Assembly (NCBI RefSeq): GCF_041146345.1
Contig: NW_027191404.1
Span: 310,001 to 374,000 of the forward strand
Direction: 5' to 3'
DNA length: 64,000 nucleotides
Origin: Neodothiora populina
Lineage: Eukaryota
In this document: piece by piece, positions 48,953-61,038 of the stretch
Layout: each line of letters starts with the position of its first letter
Position numbering within the stretch: the stretch's first letter is position 1
Notes under the pieces: generated by a model
The model's input: the letters and a program-made list of their open reading frames with translations, nothing else
Told to the model about the DNA's origin: nothing
Databases searched by the model: none
Translations under genes and position numbers: made by a program

Positions 48953-49778
48953 ATGGCGGCGCAAAACGCAGATCTGACTCTCGCGATCAACTCTCTTCAT
49001 ACAATCTACGCAGACCCCAACGAACCAGCGCTCATGATCCAAGATAATGTCTTCGCACTGCCAGACCCGCGCCATAGCTGTATCGGGGGCACGAAAGTCA
49101 GGACATGCACCCGATGCGGAGGAGTGGGAATGACACGCATGTAAGCGTTCTTTTCCACTCACCCTACTTCTCCTCCCCATCCCTCCCAATTTGCCGTACA
49201 AGAAAAACAGGTAGGATAGACCCAACTAACCCCCCTAAACCAGCCACCCAACCACAGCGCGCTCCCAGCACGCACACAGTACTAGTGGACCAACACTTGC
49301 CCCCACTTCCAGAGCAACTGTCTGCGCGCACTGCTCAGGCAAAGGAGTCAGCATGTCAGCGTGCAAGATCTGTCTCGCGTCCGAGCGCGTGGCATGGGAG
49401 AAGGCGCGGCGCGAGATGGAGGCAGATCTGGAGATGAGAGTAGGCGGCGACGGATGTGAGGTCCCATCGATGGCAGCAGCAGCAGTAGCGGCTCAAGGCT
49501 TTGACGTTGGCGGTTATCTTGCGTCTTCTGGAACTGGCATATCCCAGAGGTCAGGCAATGGCGCCGAAGGAAGGCCCGAGAAGAGAGGAGGAATGAGGGA
49601 TGTTGACTCGTCACTTCCTTTGATCAAAGATTCAGCGGCTACAGAAGACTCGAGGCGCCAACAGAGACCTGGATTGAAATCAAGAGACACGACTAAATCC
49701 TCGTCTCCAAAACCCGATATCAAGGATGCCCGTAATGGCAAGAAGAGATCTCACCGCGCCGACTCACCTGTTCTGTGA
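48953..49778 (+). CDS. Small protein with DnaJ-type CxxCxGxG zinc-finger motifs and no J-domain (~240 aa); exons 48953-49140, 49244-49778
   Basis: Intron 49141-49243 (GTAAGC...ACTAAC...CAG) joins the 63-aa and 141-aa ORFs in frame, giving CTRCGGVG...CAHCSGKG...CKIC. Confidence 0.7.
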
Positions 49779-51872
49779 ACAGCCCTGAGGAAACGAAACC
49801 CAACACTGTTACCAAAAAGTCTCTTTTGAACTACAATCGAACCGCCGGAATGGCCCACTCCCTCCATATTCAGACGTCTTGAAAAGCGTAGGGAGCGAAG
49901 CAACGAGATCGACCGTTTGAAAAGAAAACAGTGGATAGAAACAAACAGCGCACCCCGCCATACGAAACGCGTGAAATGCCCAGCACAGCAAGATCAAGAC
50001 AGCAGATCTAGTCCGTTATAGTACTTAGCCACGCACTTCTCAATCCCGAACAGATTCTCGACCAAGTCTCAACCCAGCGCCAAAGTCTCACTCACGCTCT
50101 TGCCTTTGCCCCCTTCTCAAGGCCATAAAGAGAAAGTGGAAAAGAGGGATGCTTGTATCATTACCCCCTCATCTGTCCACGGCCCATCAAATCGACAATT
50201 CGAGAAAAGATGAACAGAGGAGTTTACTCATGACCTCGCCAGCTAGCGAAGCATGCTCCCCACGGGTGTAGATTCTCTACGGCGTACCCTCTGTCTCTTT
50301 GTCTATTCGTCTGTCTGTCTACCCACTCCCCCCCCTCTCTCTCTCCAAGCGATGGATGCCCGGATCTTCTCATTGCCAGACTAGCATAACGGCAGAAACA
50401 GCAGCAGGAGCAGGAGCAGAAGACGTCTCCCGAGATATGAGACGACAATGGGGTGTTAACGGATTGAGTTACACCCTCTTCCTTGTTTACAGTGCCTGGA
50501 AGGCTGGCAGCGATGAAACTAAGCAGTAAATGTCAGATTTGAGATTTTGGTGGATATACATGATTCCCACAAGGGGGTTGGTTCCTCACATGCCTGCTAT
50601 TGAATACGAAAAGTGGCAGACACCTTGTTTACAAAACTTCCTTTCTTCTTCATCTGACATATTCACATCTAGGATGCAATTACATCGGACTGATATGATG
50701 AGAAGCTAGCAGAATCACCAGCCCCCTGAATGTCTTACGAACAAATCTTTTTACCCCCTTTTCTCTTTCCATCACACAGCTAGCATTTCCCTCTCTTGGA
50801 GAAAACTTTGATTGACCTATATCCATTCCTGCTACCCTATCCCTACAATCACTTACGTGCCTCTCTTGGGGCTTTCCCTCCAATGACAGCAAGCAGACAG
50901 GAAACGTGACATAAGGAGACACAGGAGAGAGAACTTTTGCATTGCAATCCCGTTTCTCCTCTCGACAAAAAGGTCGTCTCGTTCTGTTTCGTCCGTGACA
51001 TTCGTACAATACATGTGCTCTTTTTTTCCTTGCCCTTCAGATTTTCATACCCTCCTGACAAGGGATAAGAAAAAGATATATAAAGAAAAAAAGGCATGGA
51101 AAAGATATATGAAGGCGTGTGCTCGAAAAGAGAAAAAGAACCCCAAATGCTCGCTAGAGAAAAAATAAAAACGACAAGTTGCCCCTCCTCGGGGAAAAAA
51201 TAGGGGTACAGAAAATCAATAGCAACAAAAGAAATCCAGGTTGTCGAAACAAATTGACCTCCTTTTTTCCACTTCACCCGAAGCCCCCATACCTCATCTG
51301 CGAACGGTGATTCCGTGCAAAAACATTGGTTGGCGCATGCAGAGACGAGAGCGTCAACGTCTGTGGCGGTCGTACGTCGTCCGGCACGAATCCTATACCC
51401 AGTGACCGTACAGTGAAGCTGAAAAGCAAACAAAGACCAAGCCCGGGCTTGGATGGTGGTGTTCCTGATCGACTCGTGGTATTGTTCAGGTTCGCTCGCT
51501 CGTCCTTTTGATGTGTCCCAACATCGTTGGTCTTCCCATAATCCTCCATTCGCATCCAGTCCTGATGATATGACGCACAAGTTAATGCTCCGATGTGATT
51601 CTCAACCAACCATTATCCACAAATTTGACACGTGCCACCTACGCCAGGTCCTCCAGTCTCTCGTGTCGGTTCGCGACATCAATTAGTTATCCGCGACCCA
51701 GGATCCGAGAAGTTGCACGTGCTCTTACGGAACGTGTTTCGAGGTCTGTAGAGAAACGATGTGACTTTTCGAGATCCAGAAATCACCAATCGCCATTTGA
51801 GCCAGCGCCCCATTTGAGCTTCCATTTCTCTTCGTCCTGCACTATTTTCTTCTCGTCCTGAGTGCGCACTAG

Positions 51873-54800
51873 TCAATCACCCGCAGAACCACCATTGCCA
51901 CCGCCGCCACCACTACCACCCCCAACAGGTGAGTCGCCCGAAGCAGATGCGGCTTTACGGTCTTTCCTGCGTCCTTTGAGACCTCCAACGATGTTGGCAA
52001 GGGGCATGAAGTCTTTCAGTCTGCGATCACGTTCTTCGCGCTCCTTCTTCCTCTGCCTCTCTTTCTCGCGCTCGCGTCGTTCCTTTTCCTTCTGCAGACT
52101 AGGTAGCGCGGTGGTGGCGTTGGAATCGGTCTCGCTACTGCTAAGGCCCGAGCCGGGGCTATCATAAGCGGATCCTTCGCGAGGCGGAAATTGGGCTGAT
52201 AGTGGAGGATTGCCAATGTTGCGGCGTGTTTGGGCCAGCGACGCCTCGATGTCACGGCTGATCTCGCGATCTCTCTCGGAACGATCACGCAAGGAGTTGA
52301 TGGTGGGTTCACGAGGTGGCGGAAGAGCTGCGGTCATCGAGATGGACGTCTGAAGGGAACCACTGCCACTGGTCATACTGCTGGCGCTGGTGCTCGGCAA
52401 AGCTGCATTTGCTCTGGCCATATCGAAGCTGCTTCGAAAATGCATGCCCGCCCTGCGATCCAGGCTGACAGTCGACTGCTCTTGCTGCAACATGGAAGCT
52501 GTAATGCTGGCAGCGCCGCCGTCTCGGTCATTCTCAAAGACTTGCTCACTGCCAATATCCTCTTCCTCGATGGCATCATCCAGGTCACTGCTCGGGTGGG
52601 TTATCGGGCTGAACTGGCCTCGGGCACGGGCGGCGGCTTCTCCAGCTGCGCGCAGGGCGACATCATCGAAGGAGTCGCGCGTTGGAGTTTCGAGGTCATA
52701 CCCGCTGTTGCCATAACCATTGTCGCCCTCGGTATCCGCGTCTCCATCCTTGCTGCGCGGCCTTGAAGAAGGATCGAGTATGGAAGAGTGCTGGAGCTGA
52801 TCGATGAGCTCCTCCCATCTGAAGCTAAGACTTGAATTTGGTCGTTCGGCTTTTTCAGCTCTTGACAAACACTCTTGCGTCCTCGCGCTGAGCTCCGTGC
52901 ATAGGACGTGGAAAGACAGTAAATCTCCGTCTTCCTTGCCAATGGCTGTCGCGAGGCCTTCGTTTCCATCTTTTCCGCTGGTGCCGTGGAGCCACAGCTC
53001 GATCAGGCCAGCAAACTCTCGCGCCTGGTCGATCAGATACGGTAAGCTTGGGAAACCTTCGCGACTCGATCGAGGAAGACGATTGCGGATTGCGATGGGA
53101 GTGAGGTATGCTGTAGGCTGGACTGGCGGTTTGACTGGCTCCGATGTGACTGGCATGGTGCAGATGTCGTCGATGAAGGACTTGAAATGTTCGCGATGGG
53201 AGCCGAGGAAAGTATTCATGGGTTCCATCCAATGCTCCTTACTTCCAAAGCTGGCCATGTTGGCTAGACCTTGTAATGACTTGGCGATGAGGGTGAATGT
53301 TCTCCGGGATCGAGTCTTGGGATCATCTGGGGAATGTCAGCGCACCATGAAAAACACCTCTGCCTTCTCCTGAGCTCACGCACCTTTTAGCAGGCCGAAC
53401 AACTTAGGATTGAGTACGGCTGGACAGAAGAATCGCAGAAAAAGGAAACCGGAAACACTGCTATAGCTGACACTCCGTAAAAAGTCGCCGTAGCGGTCTT
53501 CAGCGCATGCACGAATGTGGCGGAATATGATCTTGAGCTCCATCGGCGCATCGTTGACACTCTTCCGGATAGCATTCCAGACCTCCTGAGTGAATTGCAG
53601 AAGCTTGGCCCAGTTCCTCTCCAGTGCACGCTCGTTCGCAACTCTATTTGGGTCGACTTCGCAGTCGGGATCTTTTTCGTTGATGTCCCGGATCGTCGGT
53701 CCCAGCGCAGCGAGCAGATACTCTCTGCCGACACGACGCATGTAGGTGTCGAGGGATTTGGTGAGAAGCGTGTTCCCACGGAACAGTAGGTTCGCCTCGA
53801 GAGTGGCATTCTTGTTCATGTCACGCACCATAAGCTCTCGCTGACTGGATGCGGTGATCATGGCTGCGTTTTCGGCATCATTACCGATGCGTCGGCTATA
53901 CCGCAGGCGTGAAGCGGGCGTCTCCTTGTGGACACCGTCGATCTCCTCCTCGACCAGCGAACATATCCAATCTCCCACTTTGCCAGAGACCTGGAAGATG
54001 TTTAGAAGGATATCCGAGAGTCTGCGTAACTCGGTGGGTATCATCTGAGCTATCTGCAAGGTCAGCTCGTTTTCGAAGTTGTGTAGCAGCTGACTCAGTG
54101 GCTCATAGTCTTTCGACATGAGAATGACGTTCTCCTCGGCACGGGCCTTGATCAAGATCTCTCCCACGCCTTCGCCATGGGCATTGACGACGGGCCACCA
54201 CTTCTCGACGTCCCTGGTCCCCTCGAGGTCTTCCAAGAAGATCTCGACTTTGCCGAGTGTCTGGTCATGCGAGATGCCTGTGAAACCTGCTGATTGTCCC
54301 GGGCGCTGGCCAGTACTCGTCAGACCGTAAGCTTCATGGACGAGTCGAATTTCGTGCTGCTCTCGTGGTGTGGTGAGATCCGGTGGTCTGCGCCTTAGCA
54401 GGACAGACGCCGAGGTCAGTACGGCGGGCAGATCGAGATACTCAAATTCCTCTCGCCAAAAGGGCGAGAGTGCCTCATGTTTTATCTGGGTCTTGCCACG
54501 TGACTCGCCGTCGAGCAAGATCTCGACGTAATGTGCGTCCTGCTGCTGAGGGCTTGGCGGCCATTGGCCGTGGCGGACGGCATGTTGGTGGTTGAATTCT
54601 GCGCGCACACTCATGCCAGGATTGGGGAGTCGTGCTTCAACGATGCGAATCATCAGCGACCGCTCCATGCGAAACGTGTCTTTGGATTCCACAACCATGT
54701 TATCGATCGCCTGGGGTGAGGCGCCCTCATTGTTTTCCTCGGGGATTACCGGTTTCGCGCCATACAGCTGAGGCAGAGTAAAGGCACGTAGAAGGACGAA

Positions 54801-56495
54801 CCACACCTCGTAGAGTATGCGAGTCTCGAGAGACAGGTAGATGGGTCGTATCGAGGGCGCGACGGTGGCACCAGCAGTGTATTGGGGATAGATGGCGATG
54901 CAGTAATCATTGTCAAGGACAGAGGGGTCCAATCTCTGAATGGCACATCGCGAAAGCTGCGAAAGCTGCACGACCGACAGTAGATTAGTGCCCGAATCAG
55001 CAAACAGTTTCATCTCGCCATTCTCGCGCAGAGTACAAGACACCCTTCTCCACCAATGAGAGCCGTAGCTTTGCATACGAGCGGCTTGAGGTCTTCCGAA
55101 ACCCCTTGGAGCGGTGGCATTGCTGTAGGAGATGTTGGAATCCCAATATATCATCGGACCAACTTTAATCACCGGGGCTTCTTTGAGAGTCATGGACATG
55201 TCTGAGTTCCTGCGACTGCTCTCGGTCGATAAAGGGGTACCTGTTATCGGTGACTGCGGCTTTGTCATTCGATTGTGAATGCCCTTTGGCCGAATGGGAT
55301 TCCAGCACAGCAGAGCGGCGAACCACGAGTCGAAGTCGCTTCGATCCTTTAATCGTATATGAAGATCGAGGACAGTGTTCGGAAGCGAAACCTCTAGGTA
55401 GGGCGTTTGGCTATCATCGTCCATGGCAGTCCTGACCTGGCAGCCTCGTAGATCGGGCACCAGAGTGCGATGGTGCACAGCATCTTGCTCGGGCTCACAC
55501 ATCAGACTGCCCGCATCTTCCTGGATGTAGCAATATGAAAACTGCCACGGCGCCGCTGGACTTCGTCGGAAATGCAGATTACCCGACATGCGACCGCACA
55601 ATGTCTTCATCAGATGGAGAATGCGTTTCGCATTGGCGCTCGGCAGAGGCCCGCTCATACTGTCGGCGACGGATGCGATAGTGGATACAGGCGACAGGGG
55701 ACGCGGCGGTGGGGCGGTCGAGGTTGAACTGAAGGACGTCTGCGACAGGGGCGAGGCTAGCTGTGGGTGTGAGAGAGACGAGATGCTGTCACTGGCGCTG
55801 TGGGAAGGAGTGGTCGTGTGGACAGAACCATGCCTGAGCCGATGCCTGGTGGCAGGCGATTTGTCGCGGATCTTGTTCTCGTCGAGCGTCTTGGTCCGTG
55901 GCCGTCTGCTGCCCACGATCCTGCCAAAGTTGTCTCTTTTGGTAGCGTCGGTAGACTCTGATCGTCCCAGTACTCCCCTAGCTATTGTCCGCGGACTGAC
56001 CCTCTCTTTGTGTGCAAAGGTGCTGTTGCCTGGCGAGGGTGGTGGTGCAAACAGGGGCAGGAATTGGGTCTCGAATGCCTGGATCGAAGTGTTTATCGAT
56101 AACGACTCGTCGGTTTGTTCGGCGGCAGCAGATGTGGCAGTGGCAGTGGCAGCGGCAGCGTTGACGTCGGCGTTTGTGTTGGTGTTCGATTGGGGACAGC
56201 AAGCGCGGTGTGAAGCCAGGAGGATGCTGTTGCTGTCGCTACAGTTATTGGTGTTGGTGTTGCTAATGCTATTATTATTACTGGTTTCAGGGGTCACAGT
56301 CCTGATGGTCGTCGAACTCGCGTCCCTGGTCAGAGAAGGCCCAGGTCGAGTGTGATTTGATGGTTGCGCAGGCGAAGGAACGGCAGATTGGGACAATTTC
56401 TCTTGGTTGAGATATTCATCATACAGACTGGGTTGTTTGCGCCGCCTGTCTGAATGAGTCCACCTATTCCGATGGCTTTGGTTTGACTGCTCCAT
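51873..56495 (-). CDS. Ras-family GTPase-activating protein, Bud2/Cla2-like, with C2 and RasGAP domains (~1521 aa); exons 53384-56495, 51873-53326
   Basis: C2-like segment (IRIVEAR...PFWREEFEY...EKWWPV), arginine finger LFRGNTLLTK and RasGAP signature GFLFLRFFCPAVLNPKLFGL; intron 53327-53383 joins to RTFTLIAKSLQGLAN. Confidence 0.9.
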
Positions 56496-59400
56496 CTTCT
56501 GTGGGTGTGGTGAAGGAGGAGGGGGGCGCGGCGGCAAGGCAGACCCCTGCTTACCTCGGACAATCAGCACCGATTGCAAGGTGGCGCTTGTGTTTTTTTT
56601 GTTTCTTATCGGTTGAGGAATGGTGAGATAGTGCTGCAGGTCTGCAAGACAGATCTGCAGAATGTGGGCTTCTGTGCTTCCTGCTTGATGCAGTGCGTGT
56701 GCTGTGCAGTGCAGTGCAGCGCGGCGGTCCAGTGACCTGCTCTGACCTGATCTGATGATCCCGCTGGCTACTCCGGAGCGAACGTGATTGCTTGATGGTT
56801 GATTGATTGATATTGATGAATGCCCTTGATCGAAGATGTGTGTGTATGTATGTGTGTTTTGGATTAAGCAAGAGCAGGCAGCCTGGTAATTGCTGCTCTC
56901 CGTATCTTTCCTGGCAAACGGCAAGCACGCCTGGGTCTGGCGTCTGTGCCTGCCAAATGTGATTGTTATACGCGGGCGGTGTGGTTATACGCCTGAGCCT
57001 GAGCCTATGCTTTAACGTAAGATCGGAGTCGAGCCGAGGGTCGTTTGTGGGTTCGGATACGGGGTGCGTAGCAAGTACAGTACTGTACAGTATGCGTCGC
57101 TGTAATTGTTCCTCTACTGCACTGCACTGTAGGTAGCATGCGTGTGTGGACCTGATAGTTGTGCCTAAGCCTAGCGTATGCTATTGACGAGACAGAAAGA
57201 CAATCATAGACGCTTCCTATTTTCTGCGCGGTCCGAGTGTCCCTTCCCTCGCTGGACTGTCGACTAGATCAGGGGGGCTATTTAATTCGTGTGGGCTGCG
57301 GCGCCCAATGAAGTGCTATAACAAGCCTGATGTATCAGCAACACCTGAGAGCGCAATCGTCGCGCCAAGCCGAATAGCAGGGATGGACCAGATGGACAGG
57401 TCGATGCAGACGCCGGAATTTGCTGACTTGAACCTTAGAGTACTGTACATTGGCCGGCGGGTCGCCTCGATCGGCCTGTGTGTGACGAGTGATGTGTGAT
57501 AGGTGATGTATTATGTGTGTGATGTGCGTCTCTCGAATTATAGAGAGGAATAGGCAGGGCAGGCAGGGGGATTGGATTAGTGTTTGTGTTGAAGATCCCG
57601 GATATAATATAATTGTCGATGGGGATTTGTCGCCCGGCGGTGAAAGTCAGAGAAAGACGCGTTCGTTCGCTCTCTCTTTCTCTTCGATATCTCTCTGCGG
57701 AGCACCTGGGCCTGCAAATTGTATCTTTTGATGTCTCCGTACACTGCTATCTTTTTTCCCCTCGCTCGCTCCCCTTTGTGCATACGAATATCCCAGATGC
57801 AAACGCAGATCTACGCCAGCGCATGACCGTGAGGCGCCAAGCTGTCGAAGCTTCCGTCTTTTAGTCTGACTAGGTATGCTGAGGTAGGGGCTAAGATGAT
57901 GCGCGAAAGTACCTGTAGGGTACGGTAGTCTGTAGGTACAGTCTGTGTACATGCCATGCCATGCATGCACGCAAGGCACACTGCAGGAATCGGATGCCTT
58001 AGTGTGAGAGAAAAACGGTTCAACGTTGAGCGGGACACGATTTTATTGTATTAACGTAGATGTATCATAAGGTAGGCAGCTGATGGTCCAAGACTGGAGC
58101 CAACGCAGAACCTGAGCAGACGACTTGCGACGGCCGTTCTTGGCCTATACGTGCATTAGGTGACAATACCCAAGGAAAAACACACACCGGAACATTGTCA
58201 AAACACGACTCCGAGAACATAAGGGTCTTGTTCTGAGCGAATAAGCTTGTCGAGCTTGACTTGATTGATTGATAGCTCGCCCCGGGACGTACAAAGGGCT
58301 GGCACAGTACTGGATTGGCCGCTCCGCCCGAACCAACGCACGTTCACCATCAGAGCCGCCCGACAGATATGGCAGCCATGCCATTCCCTCAAAAGCTATT
58401 TCAAGTATCTGATTTGAGCCACTGGCCCAGGTTCGTGTGCCCTCCTCGTCATCCGCCGAGACAAGGATAATTACATTTCTCAACGACGAGCAGCACTATC
58501 TTTTACTATTCGAGTCCGTTCGTGAGCCACGCAGAGACGATCCTAGCTCGGACCTCGACCGACCAGTCGTGAGCGAGGCTAGCCAGAATTGTGGGTACAG
58601 TATAGTCAAGGGTGCAGTGGTGTATGTTCTAGGCGGAAAAGCAAGCCCAAAGGGCATGACGACCGAGCAAAAGCGTGACCCATGTGTTTCGAAACCACGA
58701 GAGAAACCCACATGGAGTTTCCGATTCGCTGCACACTGGCTTCTTCGCGAAGATTCAGAGAACAAAAGTTGTGGGACAAGACAAAGATAAGGCGCAAAAC
58801 AGCTTTTGAATTTCCCGCCTCCAAAAAAACTCAAATAGGCTAAATCCGTTTCATGGATCCCGCTTTAACTGGTGTGGTGTGCTGCTCTCCCCTTTTGTTA
58901 AATCTGTAAGGCCCACCAACGGCCCTGACTCCCGCACTCACTCTCACTTTCTTACTCGCCTTTTCTATGCTTGTGCTGCTCTCGTTTCACATTGAGTATC
59001 ATGCATAATACAATTTGTTTCTTTCGACGCATCAATTGACGGGCGTTGAGATTCGACCATGACCCCTGCTCACAACCCCCCTCCCGAAGATGATGGGACC
59101 ATACGTGTTGCTTCAAATGCAGCGTAGAAGGAACCTCCCGCAATTCTTTGATTGGTCGGTGGTCCTCTTACCAGAACCAGTGGACTGGATACTTTGGTCT
59201 GCGCCCCTTCTGCTCCACCAACCAATCGTTCGAGTCGATCGGTAAGGTTTGATCCTCAGGATTTATCGTGGAGCATCAAGAGCTCCCGTGCCTGCCCCTC
59301 CACGAAATCCCCACTCAGCCGCGGATGATAGGCCCATATGGCGTCTTTGTTCTTGTCCCGCCGAGGCACCAAAGCTGTTGTACATGTAGGAGAAAATCGG

Positions 59401-59808
59401 CACTGTAATACTCGAAAATGATGATATAGCTGGCATACGTGGTGTTGGTATCAATGGTAGCGTGTGTCCTCGTCAAATAACGACGCCCGAAAGAAAGGAA
59501 TGACAGATGCACCAACAGCGCCCTCATCTCGTACGACACGCAAGCAGACTACGAAACCTGGGACCGTGCAGGGCTCTTGTTGTCCGCCAGTCAAATGCTC
59601 CTCCCCCTGCGTCAGCAGTCGAAAACAGGAAAGAAACAAAAAGTGTGATAGAGCAGAATCGGATGATAAAAAGCTGTCTTGATCTGAAGAAATGTGGAGC
59701 CTGACTCGACATGGATCCGGCGCCCCGCCCTAGCCCAATCGTGAATGTCAAATCTTGATCCTGAAGGCGTCTCGACGTGGCCGACTCGCCGCGGCGCTGA
59801 GTTCATGT

Positions 59809-61038
59809 CTATCTGAAGGGGCTTCGCTCCAGTCCGCCCTCATCTACGCCTCCCGCACTGACAGGCAAGCTACCCGACCTCGCGGCCGCACTTAAATCTC
59901 CGCTGCCGCTCCTTCTCAGGGCTTGTCTCATGGTCTCAATGGTCAATTCACCGTGCTGGTGAGGGCTATTGACAATGGCGGGGGAACGTGCGGGACTCAG
60001 ATCTAGTCCTTTCATCGAAGCTGGATGGCTGCCTATTGGTGGCGTGATGACACCCTGAGAGAAAGACTGCGAGTGCGAGGATCCGGGGGACCTCACCGGC
60101 GAGGGGGATCGATCGAGTGGCGGTGATCGCGTTCGACCATGCGCGAGAGAAATCGACGAGAGGGGCATGTTATGCAGAGATCCAGTCTCGGCATGCTCTG
60201 CTTGAACCACATCGGCAAAGGAGATGAAACTCAGGCGCTTGACATCATTAGGGTCCAAGGCACCGTAAGTCGAGGCGGTATCGTTGTCCGCGCTTTCCTG
60301 CTGTCGCGACAATGCAGAGTAGATGCTTTCGTGCTGTGAGTCTTGGGGCGAAGCCTGGAGCGCCGCTTCTGAGTGCATTGCACTTGCGGTACCTTCGGCA
60401 ATGCCCTCTGCGGCCGTGTGATGCGACGCGTGTGTGACAATTTCCACATCGTCTGGATCGAGACGGTCGTTCGTGATGGCCAAGGAAGACGCCTCGAGTG
60501 CGGCGGGTATGTAGTCTTCGGTTTGTATGTGTGACGGGATGGCTGGCGACAGTTCACTCGGTATGCTCGACTCTTGCACACTCCTCTCGAAGATCTGCGA
60601 CGAGGCTATGGACGGCGCCTTGGGTGAGGCAGACCGGACAGCGCCACGATTGGGTGAGGCAGCGAGAGAACGAGTGGGCGAAACGGGTGGGATCCGCTTG
60701 ACTTCGGTGAGAGGTTCACGAGGGGGTGAGACGGGTCGCATTGCTGTAATGGCTGCTTGTGTAGAAGGCATGACGGGTGTCTGCGGCGGCGGTAAGGCAT
60801 TCATGGCGGGCTCTTCCTTCTTCTTGCCCAGACCAAAAAGTCTTCTCTTGCTCTGTTTGGCAGTCGCTGGTGACTTTCCGGGACCGGTCGCGGCCGAGGT
60901 ACTTGCAGTGTTGTCGGGTGTCGCAGTCGAGTCGGATTCGTCTTCTCGTAACAATGGAACGGATGAGTCGCGCGGACTGCTGGAAGCTGCGGACCCTGAT
61001 GCGGAAAATCTGTCACGATTTGGCTTCGGCGCGCTCAT
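59809..61038 (-). CDS. Hypothetical Ser/Pro-rich fungal protein (409 aa)
   Basis: Long ATG-initiated ORF with short motif-like islands (SQIFERSVQE, IPAALEASS, KRLSFISFADVVQAEH, LTIETMRQALR) in a disordered background. Confidence 0.8.
   Translation of the reverse strand: MSAPKPNRDRFSASGSAASSSPRDSSVPLLREDESDSTATPDNTASTSAATGPGKSPATAKQSKRRLFGLGKKKEEPAMNALPPPQTPVMPSTQAAITAMRPVSPPREPLTEVKRIPPVSPTRSLAASPNRGAVRSASPKAPSIASSQIFERSVQESSIPSELSPAIPSHIQTEDYIPAALEASSLAITNDRLDPDDVEIVTHASHHTAAEGIAEGTASAMHSEAALQASPQDSQHESIYSALSRQQESADNDTASTYGALDPNDVKRLSFISFADVVQAEHAETGSLHNMPLSSISLAHGRTRSPPLDRSPSPVRSPGSSHSQSFSQGVITPPIGSHPASMKGLDLSPARSPAIVNSPHQHGELTIETMRQALRRSGSGDLSAAARSGSLPVSAGGVDEGGLERSPFR

Noticed and set aside
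49208..49216. CAG|GTAGGA inside the zinc-finger gene intron, suggesting recursive splicing
   Set aside because: No branch site for the first half, and the second half would be only 33 nt.
56496..56924. 143-codon stop-free in-frame extension upstream of the RasGAP ATG
   Set aside because: It has no ATG, a second frame is also open over most of it (a composition effect), it includes simple repeats, and a likely 5'-UTR intron (56499-56554) interrupts it.
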